Of a stretch of 35,050 nt of DNA, positions 23,805 through 34,941 are shown in pieces. The notes beneath the pieces were generated by a model. It searched no databases and had not been told where the DNA came from. It saw nothing but the letters and a program-made list of their open reading frames with translations. Every line of letters begins with the position of its first letter. The first letter of the stretch is position 1. The DNA is from Polymyxa betae A26-41 (Eukaryota > Protista > Endomyxa: Phytomyxea). The stretch covers positions 1 to 35,050 of the forward strand of contig RBZT01000643.1 in assembly GCA_003693705.1 (NCBI GenBank), in the 5' to 3' direction. The position numbers and the translations under genes were made by a program.

Positions 23805-24833
23805 TAGGGCTCCGATCGGGTATTCACGGGTCGGGTATCGCCATTCTACCGGTACCGACCGGAAAATCCGGGTCCGATACCGGCAGTACCGGTACCGAAA
23901 CAAAACAATTTGAAAAAAAAGGGAATAAGAATGATGTTTAATTGTTTCCAGCCTTCAAAGCACATTTTCCGAAAATTAATGCGCTTAAAGTGTCTGGCTT
24001 CAGAGAAAACCGGCGTAGCCCAATCTCATCTCGACAGCAGTTGAAGATCCGCTCTACAGACACTGATGATCCTGGAATGGAAATTATGTCTTTTGCTACT
24101 TGGCTCCGGAGTAAAGGTAGCCTTCCTGGACGATGGCTCCAGAGTGGTAGCCGGCCTGGACGATTTCTCCGATGCCTACTCGCTGGTGATCATGGATGAC
24201 GTGACCAATTGACTATTTAATGAGAGTACCGGTATGTGTTGGATAGCAGACCACGCTAAAGTTTATGGTTACGGACTATCGGCGATCGGAACGGAGACGT
24301 ACTCGGCCCGACTGAAGACTGGGCCTTGGTGATTATTATTTTATCAATACATTCATTCTACTATTCTGCCTATAACATTCGTTACGTAGCTATCTGACAA
24401 AGAAATTCGTGACCATAAACTTTAGCGTGCTTTGATTTCCAACACAAGTAACGTCAGCCCGAACACACTTTCAGAAGTCCGTCATGAAGCGTACTTGCGT
24501 CATGACGGTGATCAAGATCTACAGGGTTGACCCGACGACGATCGCTGACATGAATCAAGTGGCGGGCGTGCCATCCCGTAGCTGGACTTTGGATTAAAAT
24601 CAAAATAGAATCGGTTCTAATTACCCGATATCTCTAGAGTTGAAAATTTCTTCTTCGTTTAGAACGCGTACTGTGTGCTAAAAACTTCTAGCCCCGGCCA
24701 AGTACGCTACAGTCATATAAGAGCATCCGGTATTTTTCGGTACCGGGTCGGGTACCGCCCCAGCACCGATACCCTACCGATACCCGATCCGGACACCGGT
24801 ACTTCGGTAGTACCCGACCCGCTCGGAGCCCTA
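23805..24833. mobile_element. Non-autonomous hAT element (1029 bp)
   Basis: 17-bp TIRs tagggctccga[t/g]cgggt (16/17); 8-bp TSD tacttcgg / ttctccgg (6/8); dense ggtacc and acccg subterminal motifs; no transposase motifs. Confidence 0.88.
24235..24446. mobile_element. ~212-bp MITE-like fold-back nested in the non-autonomous hAT
   Basis: ~38-bp imperfect TIRs: tgtgttgga..cacgctaaagtttatggttacg / cgtgaccataaactttagcgtg..tccaacaca. TSD not resolved. Confidence 0.7.
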
Positions 24834-25564
24834 TTCTCCGGCAAAATTCTTCGAATCTGACAGCATAGGAACCACCGAGGGCGCTTAGCACTTCGGGGGT
24901 AATACGAGCAGATTTGCTGACGATCTTGACATCAGCAGGAGCATCAGACGAAACTAAATCCGTTTACTTCCATCAAAGAGAAACGACAATAATAAACGAC
25001 TATAGAGGATAGACAACAACTCTACGTAAAACTATCGAACGTATGTTTCTGCGTATCTTGTGAGATTGCAAAAAATACGCTTTGGGAGGTTGCGCACCTA
25101 CGCACATTTTCGGAGACCTTTCGTAACTTTCATCCAAATTACGTATCTTTAAACTACTTTCCGGACAACTCTTTTGGAAGATCCTGTAACCGATGGAATG
25201 TGTTAAAACTTGTATAGATGCCATGCTGAAGAGTGTTCTCAATAACGAAAAGGTTGTTTTCAATGTCTCAAGAGATAGTCGGTCCGTTCAAAACATGGCC
25301 TTGTCCGCAGCCGCAATGGCTGGGTTCAATGGCCGCGTTCCAGAAAATAAGTACATTAGGTTCTGCGACAGCGTTATTGTGGAGTTGCTATCCGAACCTA
25401 CAGATTTTGTATGCCGTTCGACGACGCCCTACAAAAGATGCTGAAGCATGGGATTTTTATGTTGAAGTGCGCCAGCTCAGATTTCGTTCCTTTCAGAAAT
25501 TTGTATCCAATAATGGTGAAATTGTATCTATCGATGAATGCCCGAGTGAACGTCCGAGATTGGA

Positions 25565-26125
25565 TCGATCATAAAGCATTTGGGTCTGCGACATTATATT
25601 CGAGTCGCGACAACCGTCGATTTTCTAGCAGTGACGCAATCTGGAGCGACGACCGGTTTTTAAGCCTTTGAGATTGCGTCTCTCGGAACCTGAATGCCGT
25701 ATTGCCGTCGAAGGCGGAGAGTCATTGCCCGGAATACGAGTCCTTGAACATCACCATGCGAGTGTAGCCGAACCATGTCTTCCAGTTGCTGTGGCACGGA
25801 CTGACGGCGACACACCCCGGCGTCCTAGATTGTTAATTATTGAAACCGTAATCATTGGACATATCGCGCGCGCTGATGAGCTACCTTCATAATTTGTTCT
25901 AATGTTCTTTGGCTTTGAATTTTCGTGTCACTCGCGATGGAGCTAGGATTGAATTTCTCCCGAACCACGTTGTGGCGATGGATCAAAAACGACGGTCTAA
26001 AGCGGCAGCATCATACGACGGCACTGCAGCGTAGCGGGAACTGGATAGATGACGTTCGATCAATGATTAAGAGCGGAATCACCATTTCCCATATTGTTTG
26101 CCATTTTTCAAGATCAAATCGTTAA
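25565..26125. pseudogene. Fragments of an IS3EU-like (HTH plus integrase-core) transposase
   Basis: Minus strand, hand-translated and frameshifted: GLVFRAMTLRLRRQYGIQVPRDAI then RLSRLEYNVADPNAL*SI, matching the GYRxM..LR..R..Y.V.GPNxLWHID pattern. Plus strand 25925-26125: LGLNFSRTTLWRWIKNDGLKR (HTH-like). Confidence 0.55.
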
Positions 26126-27617
26126 ACTGGAAGCTGCGGTAAAAGCTGTTTTGGTATATAAATTTTGCAACAATTTTAATCTTTCGTCAATAAAAAGGGT
26201 ATTGAAATAACATAACTATGACGAAAGAGTGTTGTCACTTCCTCAACATCTCGAGTAACCAATAGTCGAATAGGGATTCCTGTTGTAATGCGCACCACGA
26301 GTTTGTCGTGTCGGTTTAATTGGAACTTAAAAAACTCACTTCATAAGACAGTGTTTCAAGTCGGTTTAATGCAAAACATAACTGAGCTCCAGCCAATCAG
26401 ATTGCGGCACGGTCTTTTAATCGCGTTTTAATATTTACGTTGGTCCCCGACCTACGTAATTCAGGCCCAACCTTTTTAATAATTAAAAGTTGCTCTCACG
26501 GAGTCTGGAAGTCGTAAGCACAACATCCATACGGGCCGCTGCAAATTCTCCGCCACAAAGTATTTAAAAAAAGTGGAGTCCTGCAATCTGTAGCAGTCCT
26601 CTCGATTCTACGATCAGATCCACAGGAATGAAGGTAAAATCAACAATGTCTGTATTCAATTCAGCAAAAGGCTCCAGGGACCAAATGCCGTCGTGGAGTC
26701 CGTACGGAGTCTGGGACGAAGTTCTTAGGGCAGCCTTGTCGTAGCTTGTTTTCTTGATATCTTTTGATAAACTATACCAACTTTCTACACTCCCCTCCTC
26801 AAAATATCGTCTGTCCTTTGTAAAGGGGTGGGTACGCCATTGACTCCAACATGGACAGTAACGTTGTCCGATGTCATTCTTGCAGAAGCCGTTCGCCGTG
26901 TATCGCTTCTGTTTCTCATAATGAAGCTCTCTAGATTTTACACGGTAGTCGTAAGTAATGTAGTAATTTCAGAATGATAAGATTTTTATTTCCTATCTAA
27001 ATTTGTTGTGATAAAGCATGAATTACCTAAAATGATTCAATCATTGATTCATCGCCAAAGCGGATGCTGACGCATCCTTAACATCCTTGAAAAAAATATT
27101 TCGTTTAGGGTTTTTGGTTTTTTGAACCTGGACCGTGAATCATCAGCGTTCATCTAATTATGTTCGTCATGTCTTCTAACATTCATCAAACATCATGGAT
27201 TAGCCATCATGGAGTCATCATTTTATCAGATCGGATCATCAATTTTCGTCAAGGTAGTCCAAAGTCTTCCTAGCGCTCATCGATTTCATCTATGAGTGTC
27301 CTCTGAATCATCATAAGATTCGTGTTTTTATAGAAAAAAATCATCTTTTCAAGTCTTATTACCTCAATCTAATACTTACTGATCATTTGCTATTGTTCCG
27401 CGTTAAAACCCAATGGGATAAAAGCTTGGAATCAATAGTAGATTTCCAGTTAGACTTGTTGGAAACGAGTCTGCTATCCGCGAACTGGTTGCATCGGAGC
27501 CGACCCACGCAACTGGTAGCCCACTTAACAAACTTGGATGACCGCGCAACTCTTCTCTTCGGGTTCTGTATACACTGTAAACTATCCTGGAGACCTGATC
27601 CTCGTTTATTATGATCG

Positions 27618-29913
27618 TCAGGCGGGGCAGTTGCTTATCCCGTGCCCATGGCCTATGCAGCAGCGACACTTGATCGCAATAGGACCTTTTGTCTTCTTTT
27701 GCCGCTGCTGTTCAGCGATGCTTTTCTCTCGGGTGCGTTTTTGTTTTGGACGACCCTTGGTCTTCACTCTCAGCGGATTGAGCACAACAAGCGGCGTTTG
27801 TCCCTTAGAACATAATTGCTGCGAATGCGTGGATGCATGGATAAGCTTTTGAACAGATGTGGAGTTTGACTTGACCAACTCGAAGTTCATATCGTCATAA
27901 ATGCACCGAGATATGCTATCCTTTGCCATCGCGGACAGCTTGATCGGAGACTCGCTGGGAGCACTTTTCTTTCTCGCTGGTGGACGCGGCTTCGATGGCA
28001 ATACCAGTCAGCAATCTTTCCGCTCTTGCAACAGTCTGGCTCGCGAGGGTTGAAAAATTGCTATACCATCGACAATTAAAAAGTTCAAGAGGGCATTCCA
28101 AGACATTCATGCGCCTAAACACTGCAATTAGGTGGCTGCAGACGATGCCATGCCAAACGTTTTTGCGGCAAGAGCATTGATGGCCCTTCCCGATTTTGTC
28201 GAATCGAACAGTCCTGAACTTTAAATGATGTTCACGGTGAGAAACGTGAAGAATGATGTAAAATTTCGCGTTCATCCTCTGTCTCGCATGTGTATGACAA
28301 CGATAGAGAGCATTCGTTCATTAGAATCTCAGAGGCGAATCGCGTCAGAACCTTGGTCGCTTGATCAATGATCGGATCAACACTTGGGGCAGTAAACAAT
28401 TTCGTATTCAATGTCGTTATTGCAATCTTGCGGATCAAATTTTCATCCAAACGCTCAAAAGCACACGACAAGTTGGGACAGTGTCGGATTCGTAATTAGA
28501 TCGCATTTTGTCTGGTAATAGACTGATTCTTGGCGCTGTGTAGAACTTATTCCTGCGACGAAATGGCAATGGGTGAATGCGACAGCCCATTTAGCCTGAA
28601 TGCGACAGCCCATTTAGCCTGCTTGGCTTACAACGTTACGATATAATCGCTTGTAATCGCTTTGTGCGCCCATTTTCCTTTGAGCATCTCCCATTCCGAA
28701 AGGTATTCTTCCATCTCTTCGATTGAACCAATCCTCCAAAAGTCGTCAAGGAATTGGCTGAGGTCTTTTCGCAGTTCTCCAGCGAGCTTTCTTGTGATGT
28801 TTTGGGAGATGTGCCATCGGCATAGCAGATGAACAGACTTTGGGAATACAGACGCAATCGCCTTTGCGAATTCAATGTCGCCATCGGTGAAAGTCACTGT
28901 CGGCTCGGTCCCACTGCATTTTTTGAGCAGGTCCAACACCCATTTTTACGAATCGAATGACTCATCTGAAATGAGAGCTCCCCCAACCAAGCATGTAATG
29001 CCGTTGCTGTCCACAGTCACGAACAGGACTGTAGGCATTCCAAATCTGTTGGTTTGATATGTGGCATCTCCTTCAATAATCACGGGAAGTTTTTGGAACA
29101 TCTCTTTGCCCTGATCCGACATCCAGAAAACTCTTTTGAGACGCAGCGTGACTGAGCAGTTTAAGCTCCTGACGCTCCAGTTTCCTATGTTTCTTTTTTC
29201 TTCTAGAAGTTGCAGAAAAATGCCTGCCTCCTTTGTACGGTCGGATGCTTTCTGTGTTATGTTCTGAATATTCCTTTTGGTCCATGTCACCTTGACATCA
29301 GGGAAATGTTGTTTCTCGATCAGTGTGATTATCTGGCTGGTCTTCAAATTACCGAGTTTGAAAAGTTCAATTACTTTGTCCTGGACATCGTCAGGAATGA
29401 AGTTATTATGAGGCAATTGCTCGCTCAGTGTAAAGTTCGTGGTTATGCTCGGCTACTAAAGTGATAACTTCATAACCAAGCCCTTTCTTCTTCATAGTTG
29501 CTTTAAAAGGACAATTCCATTTCTTGCTGTGGTATCTTTCTCTGTTTATCCATGACATCCTTAGCTTTCCCAGAGCGAAAACATTCGAAATAGATGTATC
29601 TCTGCTGTTTGGCGTTTCGTTGCGTCACAGGACATTTCGAAAATAACGACGCTGCTTGTTTGGCTTCAGCAATCGATTCGAGCAAAGTACCGACTTCGAA
29701 GGAATTGCTCTCCAACAGAGGCACTTTATCAAAAGAATCAAGTTCAATTGCGATCCCAGCGTTAAAGTCGCAATCAGAATCGGCAGCTTCCGATAATTCC
29801 ACTTCTCCATTATCGTCCTCAGGAGGTTCGATGGCACAGACTGTAGCCTTCGGGATCGATTCACATGTGGCTGGTGCAGTTGGGGCAAAGATGCTCTTGA
29901 TCCGGCTGAACAT
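27618..29913 (-). pseudogene. MULE/FAR1-like transposase
   Basis: FECFRSG..EHNHEL; DATYQTNRFGMP; FTDGD..AIASVFP..HLLCRWHI; FVAGISSTQRQES; SWIM finger CSC..GIVCSH; TKGRPK and a C-terminal CxxC..GH..C. Multiple frameshifts. Confidence 0.95.
28574..28619. repeat. Perfect 23-bp tandem duplication that frameshifts the MULE transposase
   Basis: tgaatgcgacagcccatttagcc x2. Confidence 0.95.
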
Positions 29914-32202
29914 TCCCCCTCAATCGATACAGGTCAGTATAATGGAAGAGAAGGAGACGAAGGTTACCAATACCCTCGCACCTACCTAGGTAGTTGCGTC
30001 AAAATTTGTTTGGTGCGCTATTAGTTGCGTGGGTCGGTTCCGAAGCAACCAGTTGCGCGGTTAGAAGACTCCTTTTGGAAATACTTCTAACAAAGTCATC
30101 AACATCTTCTGCGTACCGACTTTTCTCATCTTTTATTTTCTTCAGATATTTCTTCACTAATTCGGGGACGTCTTCAAACAAAATTTTCAGTGGTTTCCAC
30201 GAATTATCATCTTCTGTAAATCCTTTCCATTCGACCTGCAACTCTACTTGCCCGCTTTTTGTGTTAAGTCTGCTGTTAATAAAATCATCTACTTGATCTG
30301 ATTCATTGTCATGGGCAAACTGTTTTATTATTTCCTCTGTGACCTTTATCTTATCATCTGCCTGTAGCTGGATTCGGTCGCCATGGACCCGTCTTTTACT
30401 GAGATCGATAATATTGTCTTCTCCGAACGCATAATTATCTTCACTGTCACAGATCCGATATGGACCTCGCCATTTTAAAAACAGTTTTCGTCCTGCCATT
30501 TTTTCGGCTCTGGTACTCCAACTAAGACATAATCTTCAACTCCATATTTTGGTTCTCTTCTGTATTTCTTCTGAGTCTTCTTCAAAGTCCTCTGTCTTTC
30601 GGATGTTTCTGTAACTGTTTTATGCATTTCTTCTAGCCCACTTCGCAGTTCTTCAATTTTGTTCTGTAAAATGGTTTTTCAACGGGGTTTTTTGGAAAAC
30701 TGCGTCGTACTGGGACATCTAAAAATTTCATCTAATGGATTGTCTGGTTCAATCCAGTCATCACGGTAACTGGCGCATGGCTGTTCAAGAGGCTCTGTCC
30801 TCGATGATTTATGGTATGTTCTACATTATAACCAGGGCCAGTATTCCTTCTCCAATCTGAGCTCGGACAACAGTTCTCGTATTAAGGCTAAACAAATGTT
30901 ATTGATAACCTCTATTGTCCCATTGTTATAGTGTCCGCATGCCGCGGTGATATGATGCTGCATATTGCATCTTCCGGCGAACTCTTTGATCGTCGTCGAG
31001 ACAAAGTAGGAAGCCATATCAGAGACCAAAAGTTTCGGTACTCCAAACAGGGCCCTCCACACCATCAGTGCTTCTACAGACACGGATGTACCAGAATTTT
31101 TGCGGGGGTTATCTTTATCATTCCTGATAGGTTATCACCCAAGATTAGATTCCAATGGCATTCATGAATACCATTCTTCTGCATTGGCAGTATATACATC
31201 CAGTCCATATATATTACATCGTTTGGTTGCTGTCCGGGGACTTGGGTGCTTAAAGGTCGTGGATTCCGTACCCCTCCTCTAGTCGGCAGGCAATGCAGAC
31301 ACCAGTTGCAGATTGCATTGATGTCTTCAGTACAGTTCTTCCAGTAGAAAAACTGCGTCAATTTCAGCGGACTTGCTTGGTACCCAAGGTGTCCACTATT
31401 GCTTTCAGCATGGGAAATATTACATAATCGACATCGGAGGTCTTCTGCTTCTAACGGAATTATGATTTTTTTCTTGTCAGTGATAGTTAAACCATTTTCA
31501 TTATACTTTTGGCCGCTCCTTGCTGGCAGCCATCTCTTCTGTATTTTCTTTATTTCTTCTACTTGGTGTGGGGTCGGTTCGGGATCGAACCGACTCGGGT
31601 GTCTTGTCCGCAGCATGGTGTTCTTGGGTGCTGCTCCAAACGGACAGTCAGGCAGTGCAGTGTATTGTCTCCCGATTTGTCTCCCAAAACATCGACATTT
31701 TAAAAAAAAATATTTTCAGGCACGTCACAACCATGTCAGTTTGCAAACTGCAATCATATGTGTAACAATCTTGAGGTGCATGAATGCATTGCGATTATTT
31801 GTATTGATTTTGCTCACATAGATGTCTCTGTTAGGGTTTGCCATTGGCTATTGCGATGCGAGGGGCCTTAAACGGTCATATCGCTGTTTGCGCTGTGGTG
31901 TGCACTCTTAGAGATTTTTTCCCACACGAAGATATTGGCCCAAACAATTGGCGGCGGAGGTTTCAACAATTACTCGGTGATCTTGTAATTGTAAAGACCG
32001 GTCGCCGCGCAATTTTTGGTTCGTCTCCTTGGACGCATTACTAGGGCGGCGCTGGTTTATGATGAGTGTCCCTCAGGTCCAAGCTCGTGTTGATCTGAAA
32101 GGCCCGTCCCTTCAGGATTCGGAAACAATTCAGGTCAGCTCTTGAATCGCTGCGCAGCGGGCTCTTTCTTACGCAACACTGCAGGCTCAGACTGAAGGTC
32201 TG

Positions 32203-32595
32203 TTGACATCCCCTCAGTCGCTATATTCACGCTTGAAAAGCTTAATTGTATGCAACCAACAACAACTTGTACGCAACCAACAACAACTACATGATGTTTT
32301 CACATTTGTCAGGCTTCATGATCAATTGGTTCAGTCGCTCTTAACAGAAATCCAGAAAAGTGTAGTCGATCTATGCGAGGCATCCCTTTTGAATATGGCA
32401 CCTGTACAAACCTGCCCTCGCAAACCACAAGTCTCTGGGGAGGTTTTTGATATGTTTGCGGCAGTCCTTTTTCGATCCACAAAGGACCGGCTGTTACAAA
32501 TTGCCGAGATGATGGGCAATGACATGCAAGGCTGCAAATCCAAACAGGAAATTGTATCAACGATTATTGATGTTCTGAGAACCTGCTGCAACTAA
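32203..32595 (+). CDS. Possible terminal exon or short ORF with a C-terminal HeH/Rho_N-like motif
   Basis: 130 open codons with a non-ATG start; ends LFRSTKDRLLQIAEMMGNDMQGCKSKQEIVSTII; contains an in-frame 21-bp duplication (VCNQQQL / VRNQQQL). Confidence 0.35.
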   Translation: MTSPQSLYSRLKSLIVCNQQQLVRNQQQLHDVFTFVRLHDQLVQSLLTEIQKSVVDLCEASLLNMAPVQTCPRKPQVSGEVFDMFAAVLFRSTKDRLLQIAEMMGNDMQGCKSKQEIVSTIIDVLRTCCN

Positions 32596-32974
32596 TCTAC
32601 ACCTAATGCTGAATTGCGAATATTTGAATCGTTTATCGCTGTGGGCTTTGATTTTTATTGCTCTTTGAAATCTATCTTCTGGATTTCAGCTCGAACTGAT
32701 TAGCCACTCGTTATCTAAACTTGTAATACTAAAATAATATATAGTATTCGACAGCTGAGTTGTGTCTGGGGTTGTGTTCTGCGTACCCGGACTACTGTGG
32801 CTGTTTTAGACGATGGGCTGTAACCAGGATGGCAGTTGCATCACCCTGGAGGCCGGAGTCGTGATCTTTTTCTGGATTCCCGGAAGGGTATGTGGCGCCG
32901 AGAATTCGGAATGCTACGCTCGCGTATTAACTGTATGAGTGATGTGTGGCAAAGAAGGGTGCTGAACTTTGTAG

Positions 32975-34667
32975 GTCCATGACAGAAGTCGTTGGAAAAG
33001 TACCGGAATCCCATTAGAGCTAGATGTATTATGGCCGCTCGAGTTAGATCATTCTGTATTCTTACGCTTCCTGTTGCTGAGACTCGCCTAATCAACTGAT
33101 AGGTCAAAATTGTTTCCCCTTTTGAAACCAAATTTATGCCGCTACGAAATTACAATTTGAAGCCATCAGCAGTTAAAGGCTGGCACCATGCAGATTACGT
33201 GCGCGCCAATATTGAGGAACACATTGCGAACTTGAAGGATGGCAATCCTAAGTTTGTCGACATGATTTACAATCCATTCGAAAACGTACGATTGCAATCT
33301 AATGATCTGGTTGTGGAATGAAACTGATTCTTCATAGCAGACAAATCGTACGGCATGTGACAACATGGGTCGATCTTCAAAGAGAGCCAAGAAGGTCTCC
33401 AGATTGTTGAAACATAAGAAGTCTGATGGTGCGAAGCGTGCGTCTCGTGACAAGCAGGGCAAGGCTGTGGAGACGGATTCTGTATCTGAACCGCCCAGTA
33501 TGGATATATCTAGGATTGAGCTGCCTGTCGATTGCAGAAATCTGTCTCCTGGAGAACTTGAGAAGAAGATACGTGAGAGCAAGAGGGAAATCGCCCGAGC
33601 CGATAAGATACCCGGCCAGTGCATGGTCTGTGGAATGGTGTTTATATCGTCCAAGTGAGCTTGTTTGTTGGTATATTTTATTGTTTTTCTGACAGCTAGA
33701 GTTAGGGACACGACAAGGCACGTTCAGAAGCAGCACGTGAATAGATCGGAGCAGTTGCGAGAAATGCTGGACGGGTTACCGATGAAGGAGACGTACGCCA
33801 AAATCAAGTTGTCCAGGTACGATTTCGTCAACCCTGTCCGTTCTGACCCCATGAATGCGCGCTCTGGCGGAGCGGTTTCCCAACTTGTCTGCTCCATAGA
33901 GGACCATATATGGAGCAGCTTGGAGCGTTTCGGATTCGGAACATCCGCGTTTGACTTGCATAAAAAACGCCTATGGCGAGCATGCGAGCTGTTCGATTGC
34001 ACCAACGTCGGAATCAAGCCCTTGCTGAGCTGCTTACGTGATGCGAGGCAGAAATTGCAGGAGCTTCAGGGGGATTTGAACACCGTCGAATATCAGACGC
34101 TGGTCAGGCACTCGTCTCAGATGCTGTTTGCGGTCAATTTCATGACCACAGTTGCTGGTCACGCATCGTTTGGTCGGCTATCCATGGAAATGGAACAAAC
34201 CATGACGGGGCCCGAGGATGCTTTCCTACTCGAGATGAAGGCGCTCGAACTGTGGGCCGACTCACAGGATAATAACTCAGGTATATCCTAAATGGTTTGT
34301 ATTATTGTTCTGAACATGGAGGGTGTTAGTGATTGATTTGGCGAATGACCAATCCGAGACGATGAACCAGCTGCGGCTAGGTCAGGACCCGGAGTGCAAC
34401 ATAGGGAGCATGCCTCCATCGAGTCCCATCATCAATCCATCGGACGCTAGTGGCCGCGCAGGCAAGCGATTATACAATCGCAACAACAGACTTGTGCTGC
34501 TGACACCATCTGGGCCAACACCAACGTTTGATGTCGACGACGACGAACACAAAGACGTGACTATCGCTCAGCAACAGACGCAATTCCAAAATCACTTGAA
34601 CGTTTGGATGCACAATCATCAGCAGACGATGAAAACGATGATGTTCGAGAAAGATCGTTTGCGCTGA
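32975..34667 (+). CDS. Spliced, uninterrupted gene encoding a C2H2 zinc-finger protein (497 aa over the exons listed, 459 aa from ATG 33136; 5' end uncertain)
   Basis: Exons 32975-33055, 33103-33285, 33338-33654, 33706-34280 and 34330-34667 are joined by GT-AG introns of 47, 52, 51 and 49 nt in compatible phases. Splicing creates CMVC-x12-HVQKQH. A basic NLS-like stretch is present (KRAKKVSRLLKHKK). Confidence 0.75.
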
Positions 34668-34941
34668 AAGACCATGACGAACAATCACAACAACAACAAC
34701 AACAACAAGCTGGGCAACCAGATGCAAGTGACTATCGCTCAGCAACAGACGAAATTCCAAAATCACTTGAGCGTTTGGATGAACAATCGTCAGCAGACGA
34801 TGAAAACGATGATGTTCGAGAAAGGCCGTTTGCGCTGAAAGACCATGACGAACAATAACAACAACAACAACAACAACAACAAGCTGGGCAACCAGATGCA
34901 AGTGACTATCGCTCAGCAACAGACGAAATTCCAAAATCACT
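34557..34941. repeat. Tandem repeat, 171/174-bp units x2.2, with internal (AAC)n microsatellites
   Basis: gtgactatcgctcagcaacagacg starts at 34557, 34728 and 34902. Confidence 0.97.

Larger units (their letters stand above)
23094..24932 (-). pseudogene. Convergent Harbinger ORF2, Myb/SANT-like DNA-binding protein, interrupted by a hAT derivative
   Basis: Removing 23805-24833 and a 51-nt intron (23749-23799, GTAAGC..CAG) gives KNFAERERIDLV. A frameshift then leads to KVWEIILVDLKESF..ERTLKDNLRSFLK and a charged C-terminus. The layout matches the known two-gene Harbinger organisation. Confidence 0.65.
27466..30072 (-). mobile_element. Mutator-like element (MULE), complete ends
   Basis: ~75-bp imperfect TIRs (27466-27540 vs 29998-30072, core aactggttgc.tcgga.ccgacccacgcaact); 9-bp TSD tgttggaaa (27457-65) / ttttggaaa (30073-81). 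Confidence 0.92.
26284..31575 (-). mobile_element. Ty3/gypsy 3' fragment (integrase, chromodomain, PPT, LTR start) interrupted by a MULE
   Basis: H..GH..FYW..CLHC..PRPL..PNDVIYMDW; FGVP..LVSD..YF..NGTIE; WRGPYRI; chromodomain VEWKGF..NSWKP..DVP. Excising the MULE extends pol to a stop at 27383-85. The minus-strand PPT GAGGAGGGGAG (26790-26800) abuts TGTAG at 26789. The far LTR end is uncertain (26284 or 26589). Confidence 0.85.

Noticed and set aside
26563-26968. ~135-codon stop-free minus-strand frame (YDYRVKSRELHYEK...)
   Set aside because: No ATG and no recognisable motif. It runs across the gypsy PPT/LTR boundary, so it is probably a chance open frame.
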